From assembly GCA_030529405.1 (NCBI GenBank), contig JAUMWZ010000002.1, positions 1 through 30,999 on the forward strand: a stretch of DNA of 30,999 bases, written 5' to 3'. Origin of the DNA: Bacteroides sp. Its GTDB lineage: Bacteria > Bacteroidota > Bacteroidia > Bacteroidales > Bacteroidaceae. The translations under genes were made by a program, and so were the position numbers. The notes under the pieces were generated by a model. The model ran no database searches and was not told the origin of the DNA. It saw nothing but the letters and a program-made list of their open reading frames with translations. Positions 17,302 through 26,648 of this stretch are shown here, piece after piece; the stretch's first letter is position 1, and every line of letters starts with the position of its first letter.

Positions 17302-17964
17302 ATGGACGTTAGGATAGAAGAAAGCTGGAAAAAGGTGCTAAAAGATGAGTTTGAGAAAGACTACTTTATTAGGCTTACAGACTTTGTAAGGAGAGAATAC
17401 GCTCAATATAGGGTGTTTCCGCCTGCAAAGTTAATATTTAATGCGTTCAATATCTGTCCTATTGACAAAGTGAATGTAGTCATCATTGGGCAAGACCCAT
17501 ATCACGGAGCTGGACAAGCACACGGACTTTGTTTCTCTGTGAACGATGGTGTGCCGTTTCCACCTTCATTAGTGAACATCTTCAAAGAGATAGAAAACGA
17601 CATGGGTAAGCACATTCCGCAGTCTGGCAATCTTGAACGTTGGGCAAAACAAGGCGTTTTTCTGCTTAATGCAACATTAACGGTCAGAGAAAACACTGCT
17701 GGTTCGCACCAAAAGCAAGGTTGGGAAACCTTTACAGACAGTGTCATTGCAAAAATATCTGACTATAAAGACCACGTAGTCTTTATTCTTTGGGGGGCAT
17801 ACGCACAAAGCAAAGCGCAGATGATAGATAGAAATAAGCACTTGATACTCTCGTCTGCACACCCATCTCCACTATCGGCTCATCGTGGATTCTTCGGTAA
17901 TCATCACTTCAGCAAAGCCAATGAGTTTCTTGTTAGTCATGGCAAGAAACCAATAGAATGGTAG
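17302..17964 (+). CDS. ung: Uracil-DNA glycosylase (family 1)
   Basis: GQDPYHG, QAHGLCFSV, PPSLVNIFKE, GVFLLNATLTV, LWGAYAQ, HPSPLSA. Confidence 0.97.
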   Translation: MDVRIEESWKKVLKDEFEKDYFIRLTDFVRREYAQYRVFPPAKLIFNAFNICPIDKVNVVIIGQDPYHGAGQAHGLCFSVNDGVPFPPSLVNIFKEIENDMGKHIPQSGNLERWAKQGVFLLNATLTVRENTAGSHQKQGWETFTDSVIAKISDYKDHVVFILWGAYAQSKAQMIDRNKHLILSSAHPSPLSAHRGFFGNHHFSKANEFLVSHGKKPIEW

Positions 17965-17997
17965 TGTTGTACATAAATATTATTTAATCGGAAAATC

Positions 17998-18099
17998 AAC
18001 TGTATATAGTTGGAAAATCAGTTATTTATAGTTTGCAAGTCAGCTGTATATGTTTTGCAAATAGACCGTATATGTTTTGCAAAATGTGTATATATAGTC
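17998..18099. repeat. 22-bp-period palindromic array F (5 units)
   Basis: Units at 17998 (AACTGTATATAGTT), 18020, 18042, 18064, 18086; spacers ggaaaatc, tgcaagtc, tgcaaata, tgcaaaat. Confidence 0.92.
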
Positions 18100-18180
18100 T
18101 GAAAACAGGGGCTATTCTATTTGATTTTTTGTTGTCGATTAAAAAGAAATAGAGTGTAATTATTCCACTTATGAGATAAT

Positions 18181-18226
18181 AAAAAAATAGCCTTACAACA
18201 TTCATTTAGAGTGTGGTAAGGCTATT
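18181..18226 (-). terminator. Terminator for the lptD-like gene
   Basis: AATAGCCTTAC(18186-18196)/GTAAGGCTATT(18216-18226); T run on the minus strand. Confidence 0.65.
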
Positions 18227-18241
18227 GTCTTTATGTGGTGG

Positions 18242-20977
18242 TTAATACCATTGTATGTTTGAACGGGTTTCACTTCTCGACTCATATTTCAAGTCTTGAA
18301 GTATGCTTGCTTTTGCACCTATCGTGATGTTATAGTACTTCCATCTGCCAAAAGGCGATAGGTTGGCGGTAAGTGTGAAACAGTGTAGGTCGCGAGTAAC
18401 TGAACACGATGTCTGAGTTATCTCTTTTGCTTGAAAGTCGTAACCTGTGTTGAAAGACATAGCCCAGTTATTCGAAATCTTGATGTTGCCGTTTACGCTC
18501 AAGTTGTGAGTATATTTGTAAGGATAACGCATGGAGTGTCTGTTTATTGGCTTACTAGTGTCTTCACGTATGTTATATGAATAACTGAAATTGACAGACC
18601 ATGGCATCTTGAACACTTGATAACCCTCTCTGTCGGCTTCAGCATTCTTTACCACCTTTTTGTTTTCATCATTCCCCTCAGCAAGTATATTGTCTTCTCC
18701 ACCTGCTTCTGGGTTTGTTTGCTCTTTCTTTTCGTCTTTCTTTGGTTTATCCTCATCTTTGTCGCCAAACCACTTCTTCCAAGTGTTGTTGTCTAATGTA
18801 TAGCTGAACGATGAACCATAGCCCTGGAAACGACCAAATCTACCATACGACCATTCTGTTCTGTTTCCAATTCTTACATTACCATTCTTGTCGAACTCGT
18901 AAGCATAAGTTGCAAACGTGGCGTTAATGCTGAAGGTGTATTTTGGAGTTATTCTAAGGCGCAACCCCATATTCAAATCGCTCCAAGGACGCTCTTTTGC
19001 CGCCAAGTTGTAAGACATACTTGCACTCAACTCATCTATTATGCTTTGCTTCACAATAGAGTCGTTAGAGTTTCTGTACTTCATCTCTATGTTGTTTGAT
19101 AAAGACATATGTACAGTTCCAGAGCCATCTTTGTTCGGAACTCCATACGGTTGCCCTTGATATGGTGAATAGTAGCGGAGGTCGCCAGCATTATTTTCGT
19201 ATTCATACCAATATTGCTTAAATCCTGGCGATGAACTAAAACTGATGTTAGGTGTTATTACATGACGTATCTGTATTTCTTTCTTTCTCATGAAAAGAGG
19301 CTTATACATTCCGTAAAGTTTAGTGTTCATGCTTATGCTACCTGAATAGTTGTAAACTCTGTAAAAGCCATTTTCTATCTCAGCACCCCTTTCTGTATCG
19401 GTAATTATATTACCCCTTTCGTCAAAAGCGGGCTTAAGTTTCTTGGTATACCAACGTTCTGTGTAGTTAAACGAAGGTGTTATTTGGAAATACTTAAACG
19501 CAGTGAAGGTGGCATTTATAGGTATGTTGTGGTTCATTGCATTTTGCCATTGAGACAAACCTGCCTTAAATAAGAGGTTGTCTTTAGTTCTAAGACTGTT
19601 TGTCAAACGTCCAGAGTAACTCATAGAAATCTTTTCGTACCAGCGTTCTGAGCCTACTGCCTTCTTGCGCTTTAATGGATAGAAGCGAGAGAGAGAAATG
19701 TTTAGGTCTGGAAGGGTTATTGCTATCGACGAATCTCTCATTGTTTGAGCTATGTTTGCAGTAGAGTGTATGCTCAAACCTATGCTTGGAAAGTTTCTGC
19801 TGTAGTTTATACTTGAAGTTTTAGTGTTCTGTGTTAGCAGTTGAGAGTTGTATAGGTTTCCCACATTTGAACGTTCGTAGCTACTTGTAGAAAAGTTTAC
19901 ACTTGCCGAGAAGTTGCTGTTTGGACTTGACTTAGGGTCTTGTCTGTGGTTCCAAATAATCTTAAAGTCTTTGGCTACTGAATAGTCTGGTTGTCCTTTA
20001 TCTCCTACAACTGTAACTTGATAGTCTGTTTGTAGCGAGCCAGAAAACTTATATCTTTTCATATAATTGGTTAGTCCAGACAGTCGCCAAGACCCTCTTG
20101 TGAATATATCTCCCTTAATTGTGAAGTCAAAGTAGTCGTTTATGGCAAAATAATATCCTCCGTCAGTAAGTCCATAACCTCTACTTGAGTCGTCCATGTG
20201 TGTTGGCATGTGGAAACCTGATGTAGTAGAGTTATTGTTTGGAAAGAAGAAGAAGGGCAAGAATAACGGCAGTGGCACATCTGCTACTTCTAGATACACG
20301 GGTCCAGAAACCACTTTTCTCTTGTCTACAATCTTTGCTTTCGAGCCTCTTATTCTGAAGTGGGGACAATCGTGATGGTCACAAGTGGTATAACTAAAGC
20401 CGTGCAGACATATATTGTCGTCACTGTCTTTCTTGGCTACTTTACCTACTAGGTATCCTTCGTCTTGTTTGGTTATGATGTCTCTGATTCCTGCTTTTCT
20501 TGACTTAAAGTTATAGCTTATCATCTTAGTGTCATAAGCCGTATCTCCTTCTTTGAACACAGGTTTACCTTTTATGTTTCCCAATGAATCTGTAACTCCA
20601 TAGGCATGCACAGTAGCACTGTCTAGGTTCATAGAGATTATTTCTGCATCGAGTTCTATGTTTTGATACCTCACTTTTCCATCTCCATAGAGTTTTGCAA
20701 AACCGCTTGATAGGAATAAAATTGAGTCTTTCGATTCGTAAGTTACAGGAGCCTCAAGCATACTTTTCTTTTTCTCTTTGCTCTGAATTGTGTCTGTTTT
20801 GGCTGTTCCAACTCTTATGCTGTCCGTTTTTTCAACGTTATTTTTCACCGAGTCGTTGGTTACTACATTTGGACGCACTCTTTCTCTTCGAGTGTTTTGT
20901 GCAAAACAATCGGCAGAAACGAGTATTGCCAGCAGAGGGATTATATATAAAAGTATATTGAGTCTGTTTAATAACAT
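18242..20977 (-). CDS. lptD: Putative LPS assembly protein LptD (Bacteroidetes type)
   Basis: Signal peptide; OstA-like N-domain (APVTYESKDS..LYGDGKVRY), YTTCD.H..PHF, GYGLTDGGYYFAIND, long beta-barrel. Start at MLLNR (20977) preferred because a TATTTTTG box lies at 21001-21008 on the minus strand. Confidence 0.8.
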   Translation of the reverse strand: MLLNRLNILLYIIPLLAILVSADCFAQNTRRERVRPNVVTNDSVKNNVEKTDSIRVGTAKTDTIQSKEKKKSMLEAPVTYESKDSILFLSSGFAKLYGDGKVRYQNIELDAEIISMNLDSATVHAYGVTDSLGNIKGKPVFKEGDTAYDTKMISYNFKSRKAGIRDIITKQDEGYLVGKVAKKDSDDNICLHGFSYTTCDHHDCPHFRIRGSKAKIVDKRKVVSGPVYLEVADVPLPLFLPFFFFPNNNSTTSGFHMPTHMDDSSRGYGLTDGGYYFAINDYFDFTIKGDIFTRGSWRLSGLTNYMKRYKFSGSLQTDYQVTVVGDKGQPDYSVAKDFKIIWNHRQDPKSSPNSNFSASVNFSTSSYERSNVGNLYNSQLLTQNTKTSSINYSRNFPSIGLSIHSTANIAQTMRDSSIAITLPDLNISLSRFYPLKRKKAVGSERWYEKISMSYSGRLTNSLRTKDNLLFKAGLSQWQNAMNHNIPINATFTAFKYFQITPSFNYTERWYTKKLKPAFDERGNIITDTERGAEIENGFYRVYNYSGSISMNTKLYGMYKPLFMRKKEIQIRHVITPNISFSSSPGFKQYWYEYENNAGDLRYYSPYQGQPYGVPNKDGSGTVHMSLSNNIEMKYRNSNDSIVKQSIIDELSASMSYNLAAKERPWSDLNMGLRLRITPKYTFSINATFATYAYEFDKNGNVRIGNRTEWSYGRFGRFQGYGSSFSYTLDNNTWKKWFGDKDEDKPKKDEKKEQTNPEAGGEDNILAEGNDENKKVVKNAEADREGYQVFKMPWSVNFSYSYNIREDTSKPINRHSMRYPYKYTHNLSVNGNIKISNNWAMSFNTGYDFQAKEITQTSCSVTRDLHCFTLTANLSPFGRWKYYNITIGAKASILQDLKYESRSETRSNIQWY

Positions 20978-21091
20978 TATAGTCCAAAGTCTTAGAGCGA
21001 CAAAAATATACATAAAAAACACACGTAGCATAGTTACACTTTATATTTTTATATTTTTTGTGTCTAAAAGTGTGTGCTTTTTCTGTTTCTA

Positions 21092-21171
21092 AAGTATATA
21101 TGATTTACTTCTTAGCTATATATGGTTTGCAAGTCAGCTGTATATGATTTAGAAATTGACTGTATACGGTT
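21092..21171. repeat. 22-bp-period palindromic array G (4 units)
   Basis: Units at 21092, 21114, 21136, 21158 (GACTGTATACGGTT); spacers tacttctt, tgcaagtc, tagaaatt. Confidence 0.9.
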
Positions 21172-21226
21172 TACTTTTGCCTTGTGTAATATCTCTGATT
21201 ATGTGATGTTTACTGTGTTGCGTGTG

Positions 21227-21763
21227 CTACAAGAAAATCTTACACCACGAGTTGAATCTTGCCACACCTTCTTCTCCGTATTTAGATATGCTCTTAAGTG
21301 CTTCTTCCACGGTCTTGGTCTTTTCCAACTTTGTTTTAGAATAAAACTTGTCTGCAAAGCATATTATCTGTTCCTCAATGCTTACGGGTATCATCTCTCG
21401 GTGTGGTATTGGCAGGTTGTTTTCTACTATTGCTTTTAGTGAAATCCCTGCTCCCGTGTGTCGTTCGCATACTAATGCGTGTCGCTCATATCCCTCTTTT
21501 CTCATCAAGTCTGCACCTAAATAGCCGTGGCATATATATTTGTGTTCTCCGTGGCAATGTATTGGTTTGGCGTCAGTAAGGAATATTCCGATGTCGTGTG
21601 TCATTGCTGCCTGCTCAATAAAATCTCTGTCGGCACCTAGTTCGGGGTGAGCGTCTACAATCTGCAAGGCTCTCTGTGCCACACTGTGACTATGAGTCAG
21701 AAGTATTTCTTTCAACTCTCGGTTGTCGTTGTAGTATTTATCTATTATTGCGTTATAATCCAT
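21227..21763 (-). CDS. HD (HDIG) domain metal-dependent phosphohydrolase
   Basis: HSHSVA, AAMTHDIG, CHG.LGA, ERHTGAG, ICFADKFYSK. Confidence 0.9.
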   Translation of the reverse strand: MDYNAIIDKYYNDNRELKEILLTHSHSVAQRALQIVDAHPELGADRDFIEQAAMTHDIGIFLTDAKPIHCHGEHKYICHGYLGADLMRKEGYERHALVCERHTGAGISLKAIVENNLPIPHREMIPVSIEEQIICFADKFYSKTKLEKTKTVEEALKSISKYGEEGVARFNSWCKIFL

Positions 21764-21859
21764 TTCGTCTGTTGTGTTGTCGTTTGTTTGGAAGTATGTT
21801 TTTGTCTTGTACGGTAAAATGTGTCGCTTTGTAATTTGTTGTATATTAGCTTGCTATTT

Positions 21860-21961
21860 AGTTGTAAATGTCTGCTTTGCAAACTGTATACAGTTGTTGT
21901 CTAAACTGTATATAGTTAGTTTTCTGATTATATACAGTTTGTTTCTTGACCATATATGATT
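21860..21961. repeat. 22-bp-period palindromic array H (5 units, first degenerate)
   Basis: Units at 21860, 21882 (perfect palindrome AACTGTATACAGTT), 21904, 21926, 21948; spacers gctttgca, gttgtcta, agttttct, tgtttctt. Confidence 0.92.
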
Positions 21962-21988
21962 TGCTGTGCCAAGATAATTAAAAAGTTT

Positions 21989-22891
21989 TCAGCTTATAGT
22001 TTTCTCTGCCTCTTTTCTTGCTTTCCAGAGTTGATAGCTGTTTATTGTGTTTTGCCACAACACGTACATTCCTGGTGCAATTGCAGAGGTCGGGTTAAGG
22101 TAAGTCTGACCCACCCAAATGGCAAAAATAGTGTTCTTCTGTCCTAAGGCTTGTCCCACTGTGATTGTTTCGCCATACACTTTGCCCAGCTTTCTGCCTA
22201 TTATGAATTGCAACACACATACAATCAGTGAGGCAATGCCTATACCTATCTCCACAACTCCAGATGTGTCAGAGTTGATTAGCCAATTAGTGGTTTTTGC
22301 AGTAACTATAATCAAAGACAAAGCCCAAAGATAGAATGCCATTCCGCTGTGTTTACCTATCTCGGTGTTTGTCTTAGGAGAAATCCAACGCAGTATAAGC
22401 GACACGACGAAAGGAAGTATAAGCACGGGCAGAACTTTAGACAGTATGGTTGCTATGGAAGACATAAATCCCATGTCATCATGTATTTCTACCAGCGGAA
22501 AAACTATCGGTATGAACATAGCCGCAAGAGCGTTGCTGAGCAAAGTGTAAGTGGCAATACTCGAAGCATTACCTCCTAACTTCATAGTTATAACGCTTGC
22601 AGCCGTGGCTGTAGGACATATTATGCACAACATCATGCTTTGTGCTATGAGATTGTCTATCTCTCGAAGAGCAAAATATGAAACCAAAGAAGCAAAAAGC
22701 TGTATGATGAGCAACCAAAAATGCCACTGACGAAGTCTGATGTCTGATAGATTTATCTTGCAATAGGTAAGAAACAACATCGCAAAAATGAAGTAAGGAG
22801 TAAGAAAAGAAAAGTGTATGAACACAGATTGACCTAATATACCTAGCAAAATAGATATAGGCAATGCCCAGTTTCTTATCAATTTAATCAT
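21989..22891 (-). CDS. Bile acid:sodium symporter-like (SBF/BASS) membrane transporter
   Basis: About 9-10 TM segments; ICPTATAASVITMKLGG and GQALGQKNT motifs. Confidence 0.8.
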   Translation of the reverse strand: MIKLIRNWALPISILLGILGQSVFIHFSFLTPYFIFAMLFLTYCKINLSDIRLRQWHFWLLIIQLFASLVSYFALREIDNLIAQSMMLCIICPTATAASVITMKLGGNASSIATYTLLSNALAAMFIPIVFPLVEIHDDMGFMSSIATILSKVLPVLILPFVVSLILRWISPKTNTEIGKHSGMAFYLWALSLIIVTAKTTNWLINSDTSGVVEIGIGIASLIVCVLQFIIGRKLGKVYGETITVGQALGQKNTIFAIWVGQTYLNPTSAIAPGMYVLWQNTINSYQLWKARKEAEKTIS

Positions 22892-23016
22892 TATAAAACT
22901 TACGTTTTGGGGTTAAATGACTGCAAAGTAAATACGTTTTGCAGTAAAAAGTCCATTAAAATGCAGAAAAACAAAATCCTTTCAGTACATTTTTTTCATA
23001 TAATCGCAAAAGAAAC

Positions 23017-23024
23017 TACATTTG
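23017..23024 (+). promoter_or_regulatory. -7 promoter element for the amidase-MCE pair
   Basis: TACATTTG ending 23 nt upstream of ATG 23047. Confidence 0.6.
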
Positions 23025-23046
23025 CGCTGATGTAAAAAATAAGTAA

Positions 23047-24237
23047 ATGTTAAGTAGTCTTTTCAAACATATAAAGTACATCGTTATTCTAATGGCTATT
23101 GCGTTTAGTAGCGATGTGTATGCGAAGAAATTTATAGTAGTGATAGATGCAGGGCATGGAGGTAGAGACCCCGGAGCTGTGGGCAAAATCACTCAAGAGA
23201 AAGTTATTAACCTTAATGTTGCACTAAGGCTTGGCGAACTGATAGAAAAAAACTGTTCGGACGTTAAAGTGATATACACACGAAAGACAGACATATTTAT
23301 CCCGCTAAACGAAAGAGCAAACATTGCCAACAAAGCAAAGGCAGATTTGTTCATATCTATACACACCAACTCGATAGGGAAAAATAAGAAAGCAAGAGGA
23401 GTATCTACATGGACGCTCGGACTTGCTAAGTCTAAAGACAACCTTGAAGCTGCAAAAAGAGAGAACTCCGTAATACTTTTGGAAGAAGGTTATGAGAAAA
23501 CATACGCAGGCTTTGATCCTAATGTGCCAGAGACGTATATAATCTTTGAGTTTATGCAAGACAAATACATGAAAGAAAGCGTAGACTTTGCATCTATGGT
23601 ACAGAAACAAATGGTCAAACATACTAATCTTGTAAATCGTGGTGTACATCAAGATGTGTTTTGGGTGTTAAAAGCTAGCGCGATGCCAAGCGTTCTGATA
23701 GAGGTAGGCTTTATATCTACACCAGAAGAAGAAAGGTATCTTGCCTCGAAGAAAGGTGTGGAACAACTTTCTAACGCTATATACAATGCTTTCTTGAAGT
23801 ATAAGAATAAGAACATGAATAAGGAGAGTAGGACGGAAAAGAAAGAAAAACAAGAAGCAGAGAGAGATAGTTTGGCTGAAATAGATAGTCAGTCAGAGGC
23901 TGCAGACACTATAAAAGATGAGAAGTCAAAGGTGGTTTCTGACGCAAAAGATACTGAACAGCCACTTACATTCAAGATACAAATACTCACATCTTCAAAG
24001 ATTTTGAAAGCGGGTAGTCGTGAGTTTAAGGGAGAGAAAAACATATCATACTACAAGGATAAGGGGCTTTACAAATACACTTGTTTTGAAAGTGAAAACT
24101 ATAACACTACTCTTTCAGAGTTGAGAAAGGTTAGCAAAAAGTTCAAATCAGCTTTTATTGTTGCTTTTGAAGCAGGAAAACGAATAGACACAAATAAGGG
24201 TATCAAGAAATTTAAGGAGAAAAACAGAAAAAGATAA
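23047..24237 (+). CDS. N-acetylmuramoyl-L-alanine amidase (Amidase_3)
   Basis: VVIDAGHGGRDPGA, EKVINL, L.ERA..AN...ADLFISIHTN, MPSVLIEVGFIST; charged linker and C-terminal domain. Confidence 0.94.
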   Translation: MLSSLFKHIKYIVILMAIAFSSDVYAKKFIVVIDAGHGGRDPGAVGKITQEKVINLNVALRLGELIEKNCSDVKVIYTRKTDIFIPLNERANIANKAKADLFISIHTNSIGKNKKARGVSTWTLGLAKSKDNLEAAKRENSVILLEEGYEKTYAGFDPNVPETYIIFEFMQDKYMKESVDFASMVQKQMVKHTNLVNRGVHQDVFWVLKASAMPSVLIEVGFISTPEEERYLASKKGVEQLSNAIYNAFLKYKNKNMNKESRTEKKEKQEAERDSLAEIDSQSEAADTIKDEKSKVVSDAKDTEQPLTFKIQILTSSKILKAGSREFKGEKNISYYKDKGLYKYTCFESENYNTTLSELRKVSKKFKSAFIVAFEAGKRIDTNKGIKKFKEKNRKR

Positions 24238-24238
24238 T

Positions 24239-25135
24239 ATGAAAAAGTTTACAAAAGAAGTAAGAATAGGAATTGCAGCAATAATAAGTCTGACGTTGGC
24301 AATATTTGGCTTTAACTGGCTTAAAGGAACAAATCTGTTAGAACCAAAGACTTTTTACTACATAACCTTTAGTAACATTGGAGGTTTGTCAAAGTCGAGT
24401 GCCGTGTTTGCCGATGGTGTTAAGATTGGTAATGTTAGAGATATAAAATACAGACAAACAGAGGAAGACAACATCGTTGTTCAGATTGAAGTCAGCGATG
24501 ATATACGCATACCAAAAGGAAGTACTGCCGAACTGGTGTCAGAGATAATGGGTGGAATGCATATTGATATACTTATGACAAACAATCCACGTGAAAGAGT
24601 GATGGTAGGCGACACATTGAAGGGCGAGCTGAATAAAGGATTGATGGCAAACGTTGCACGAATTGCACCGAAAATAGAGCAGCTTGTGCCTAAAGTTGAT
24701 TCTATTTTGGTCGGAATGAATAGTGTGTTCAGAAACGAAAAGCTACAAAAGTCTATGGAAAATCTTGAGAAAACTACCGCAAACCTAGCAGAGATAACTC
24801 AAGCGATAAAGGGACTTATGAACTCAGAAGTAAAGGAAATAGCTAAGAATATAAATATTGCAAGCAATAACTTTGCTCACGTGAGCGGAGAACTAAAAAG
24901 TATTGACTATAAAAAGATGTTAGACCAAATAGACCAAACAGTAGCCACTACCAAGAATTTGGTAAACAAACTGAATACATCAGAAGGTACTATTGGACTG
25001 CTACTAAACGATGCTACGCTGTATAACAACCTTAATCAAGCATCAGAAAATGCAGCATCTCTGTTGAAAGACTTACAGACTAACCCTAAGAAATACGTTC
25101 ACTTCTCTATATGGGGAAGAAAGAATAATAAATAG
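24239..25135 (+). CDS. MCE / MlaD family protein
   Basis: KEVRIG N-terminal TM anchor, GL..SSAVFADGVKIG.V, IP.GSTAEL, helical tail GTIGLLLND..LY.NL...LL.DL..NPKKYVHFS. Confidence 0.9.
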   Translation: MKKFTKEVRIGIAAIISLTLAIFGFNWLKGTNLLEPKTFYYITFSNIGGLSKSSAVFADGVKIGNVRDIKYRQTEEDNIVVQIEVSDDIRIPKGSTAELVSEIMGGMHIDILMTNNPRERVMVGDTLKGELNKGLMANVARIAPKIEQLVPKVDSILVGMNSVFRNEKLQKSMENLEKTTANLAEITQAIKGLMNSEVKEIAKNINIASNNFAHVSGELKSIDYKKMLDQIDQTVATTKNLVNKLNTSEGTIGLLLNDATLYNNLNQASENAASLLKDLQTNPKKYVHFSIWGRKNNK

Positions 25136-25155
25136 TGATTATCAGTCTGTTTGCA

Positions 25156-25235
25156 GACTATATATCATTTAGAAATTGACTGTATATAAATTGAAAGTTG
25201 ATTGTATATAACTGACTTCTAATTTATATACAGTT
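25156..25235. repeat. 22-bp-period palindromic array I (4 units)
   Basis: Units at 25156, 25178, 25200, 25222; spacers tagaaatt, tgaaagtt, gacttcta. Confidence 0.9.
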
Positions 25236-25465
25236 TTCTTTTTATGTGATAATACCCCTTTTCTGTGCGTATGTCATCATAGAATTATAATCTACTTATC
25301 CACTATTCCATCTAAAAACATCTGTCTTGCAAACCCCCTCTATTGGTGTGATAATTAGTTGTTTCACTAATAAAACTATTCTTCGTTTCGACATCTATAC
25401 TATATAATATGCGTTTTATGCAACAAAAAAAGAGCAATAAGTGTTGCTCATTAAGAAATTAGTGC

Positions 25466-25473
25466 TACCTTTG
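25466..25473 (+). promoter_or_regulatory. -7 promoter element for tRNA-Cys
   Basis: TACCTTTG ending 18 nt upstream of the tRNA. Confidence 0.6.
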
Positions 25474-25490
25474 CAGACGTATTAACCAAC

Positions 25491-25562
25491 GGTTCCTTGG
25501 ATGAGTGGTTTAGTCAGCGGTCTGCAAAACCGTTTACGGCGGTTCGAATCCGCCAGGAACCT
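25491..25562 (+). tRNA. tRNA-Cys (GCA)
   Basis: GGTTCCT...AGGAACC-T acceptor with U73; anticodon arm GCGGT-CTGCAAA-ACCGT; T arm GGCGG-TTCGAAT-CCGCC; CCA not encoded. Confidence 0.95.
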
Positions 25563-25569
25563 CAAGAGA

Positions 25570-25608
25570 AATCCTCTAAAAGATTTTATTAAAATCTTTT
25601 AGAGGATT
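25570..25608. terminator. 18-bp perfect hairpin after tRNA-Cys (probable bidirectional terminator)
   Basis: AATCCTCTAAAAGATTTT-att-AAAATCTTTTAGAGGATT between convergent tRNA-Cys and the ICMT-like gene. Confidence 0.75.
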
Positions 25609-25758
25609 GTTTTATTGCCTTCTTTAACTTTGAGTCTAGTTGATTTTTCTTGTTTTGTTATATCACACACATTCATTATAAAGCATAAAGAAGTCGTTCG
25701 CTTTATCTTGTTTATTTGATTTAATTGTTCAGATATGTCTTTTGTAATAACATATACG

Positions 25759-26322
25759 TCACTTTATCAATAAATATCGTGGTGTTTCAGCTTTATATTT
25801 AAGGTATTCCTCGCCGTATGTTTGTTCGCAGTAGCGTTCTTCTCCAAGTATAATCAAGTGGGTTAAGATGATGAAAGGTATCATTATCAATGTGAGCCAA
25901 AGCGATGCGGTGGCTATGCACACACCAAACATTCCTGCAAAGAAAAATGAGTACATTGGGTTGCGAGAATAACGATATATCCCTCTTACGACGGTCTTGT
26001 CTGACGGCGTGTTGGCATAGCAATGGAAGGCATATACAAAACAAATTAGTGATGGAATAAAGATTATTGAGCCTATGATAAACCAAACTGTGCCTATTTT
26101 CAGAGGTATGAATATGGAAACTATCAAAACGAGTATTTGCATCGCACTACTTCCGTATGAGTTTATCTTATCTTTTGTGGTGTACCACGAAGTGTCTACG
26201 GCACGTTTGCCACCTTCAATGAAGAACAGCATATACATAAACTGAATGATAATCATACCAAATGACGGTATCCATGCGTTTAGCCAGCCGGCTTGTAGTG
26301 TTGTGTAGAAAGATAAATCCAT
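25759..26322 (-). CDS. Isoprenylcysteine carboxylmethyltransferase / PEMT family membrane methyltransferase
   Basis: Hydrophobic; V.RGIYRYSRNPMY, EERYC...YGEEY..YK..TPRY motifs. Confidence 0.85.
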   Translation of the reverse strand: MDLSFYTTLQAGWLNAWIPSFGMIIIQFMYMLFFIEGGKRAVDTSWYTTKDKINSYGSSAMQILVLIVSIFIPLKIGTVWFIIGSIIFIPSLICFVYAFHCYANTPSDKTVVRGIYRYSRNPMYSFFFAGMFGVCIATASLWLTLIMIPFIILTHLIILGEERYCEQTYGEEYLKYKAETPRYLLIK

Positions 26323-26337
26323 TATAATGTGTTTTTT

Positions 26338-26417
26338 AGTTGTTAATAGTTCGTTTTTCAGCTGTATATGGTTTGCTTCTAAACTGTATATACTCTATTT
26401 GTAAACCATATATGGTT
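26338..26417. repeat. 22-bp-period palindromic array J (4 units, first degenerate)
   Basis: Units at 26338, 26360, 26382, 26404 (AACCATATATGGTT); spacers cgtttttc, tgcttcta, tatttgta. Confidence 0.88.
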
Positions 26418-26648
26418 TGTTTTGCCGTTGTGTGTTGGGCTCTCAACAATATGTTATAACTCGATTTTTCGTGATTAAACTTGCTGTGCAAAACGATATG
26501 TCAAAGTTATGCGGTTGATGAATGGTTTGCAATAGCAATAAATAATGATTTTAGAGTGAAAGTCAGATTGTTATAGCGTGATATCGTTACTTCTTGTAGC
26601 AGATAGTGTTCGATGTGTTTTTATTCTTAGAAGAAAAAAGTCTTTGAT

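Noticed and set aside
17998-18099. Arrays as plasmid-type iterons or a replication origin
   Set aside because: The 22-bp period resembles iteron spacing, but units are palindromic, dispersed at 13 loci among core genes, and no Rep gene is present.
21882-21895. Unit as an E. coli-type LexA/SOS box
   Set aside because: The SOS box is CTGT-N8-ACAG (16 bp); this unit has CTGT-AT-ACAG, and it occurs in tandem arrays far from promoters of unrelated genes.
21122-22147. Plus-strand ORFs 21122-21439, 21774-21959 and 21956-22147
   Set aside because: They are antisense to real genes or read through repeat arrays (VCKSAVY, KLYIV-type translations); likely annotation artefacts.
25274-25282. DnaA-box-like TTATCCACT in an AT-rich gap
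   Set aside because: Single mismatched copy with no cluster; insufficient for oriC.
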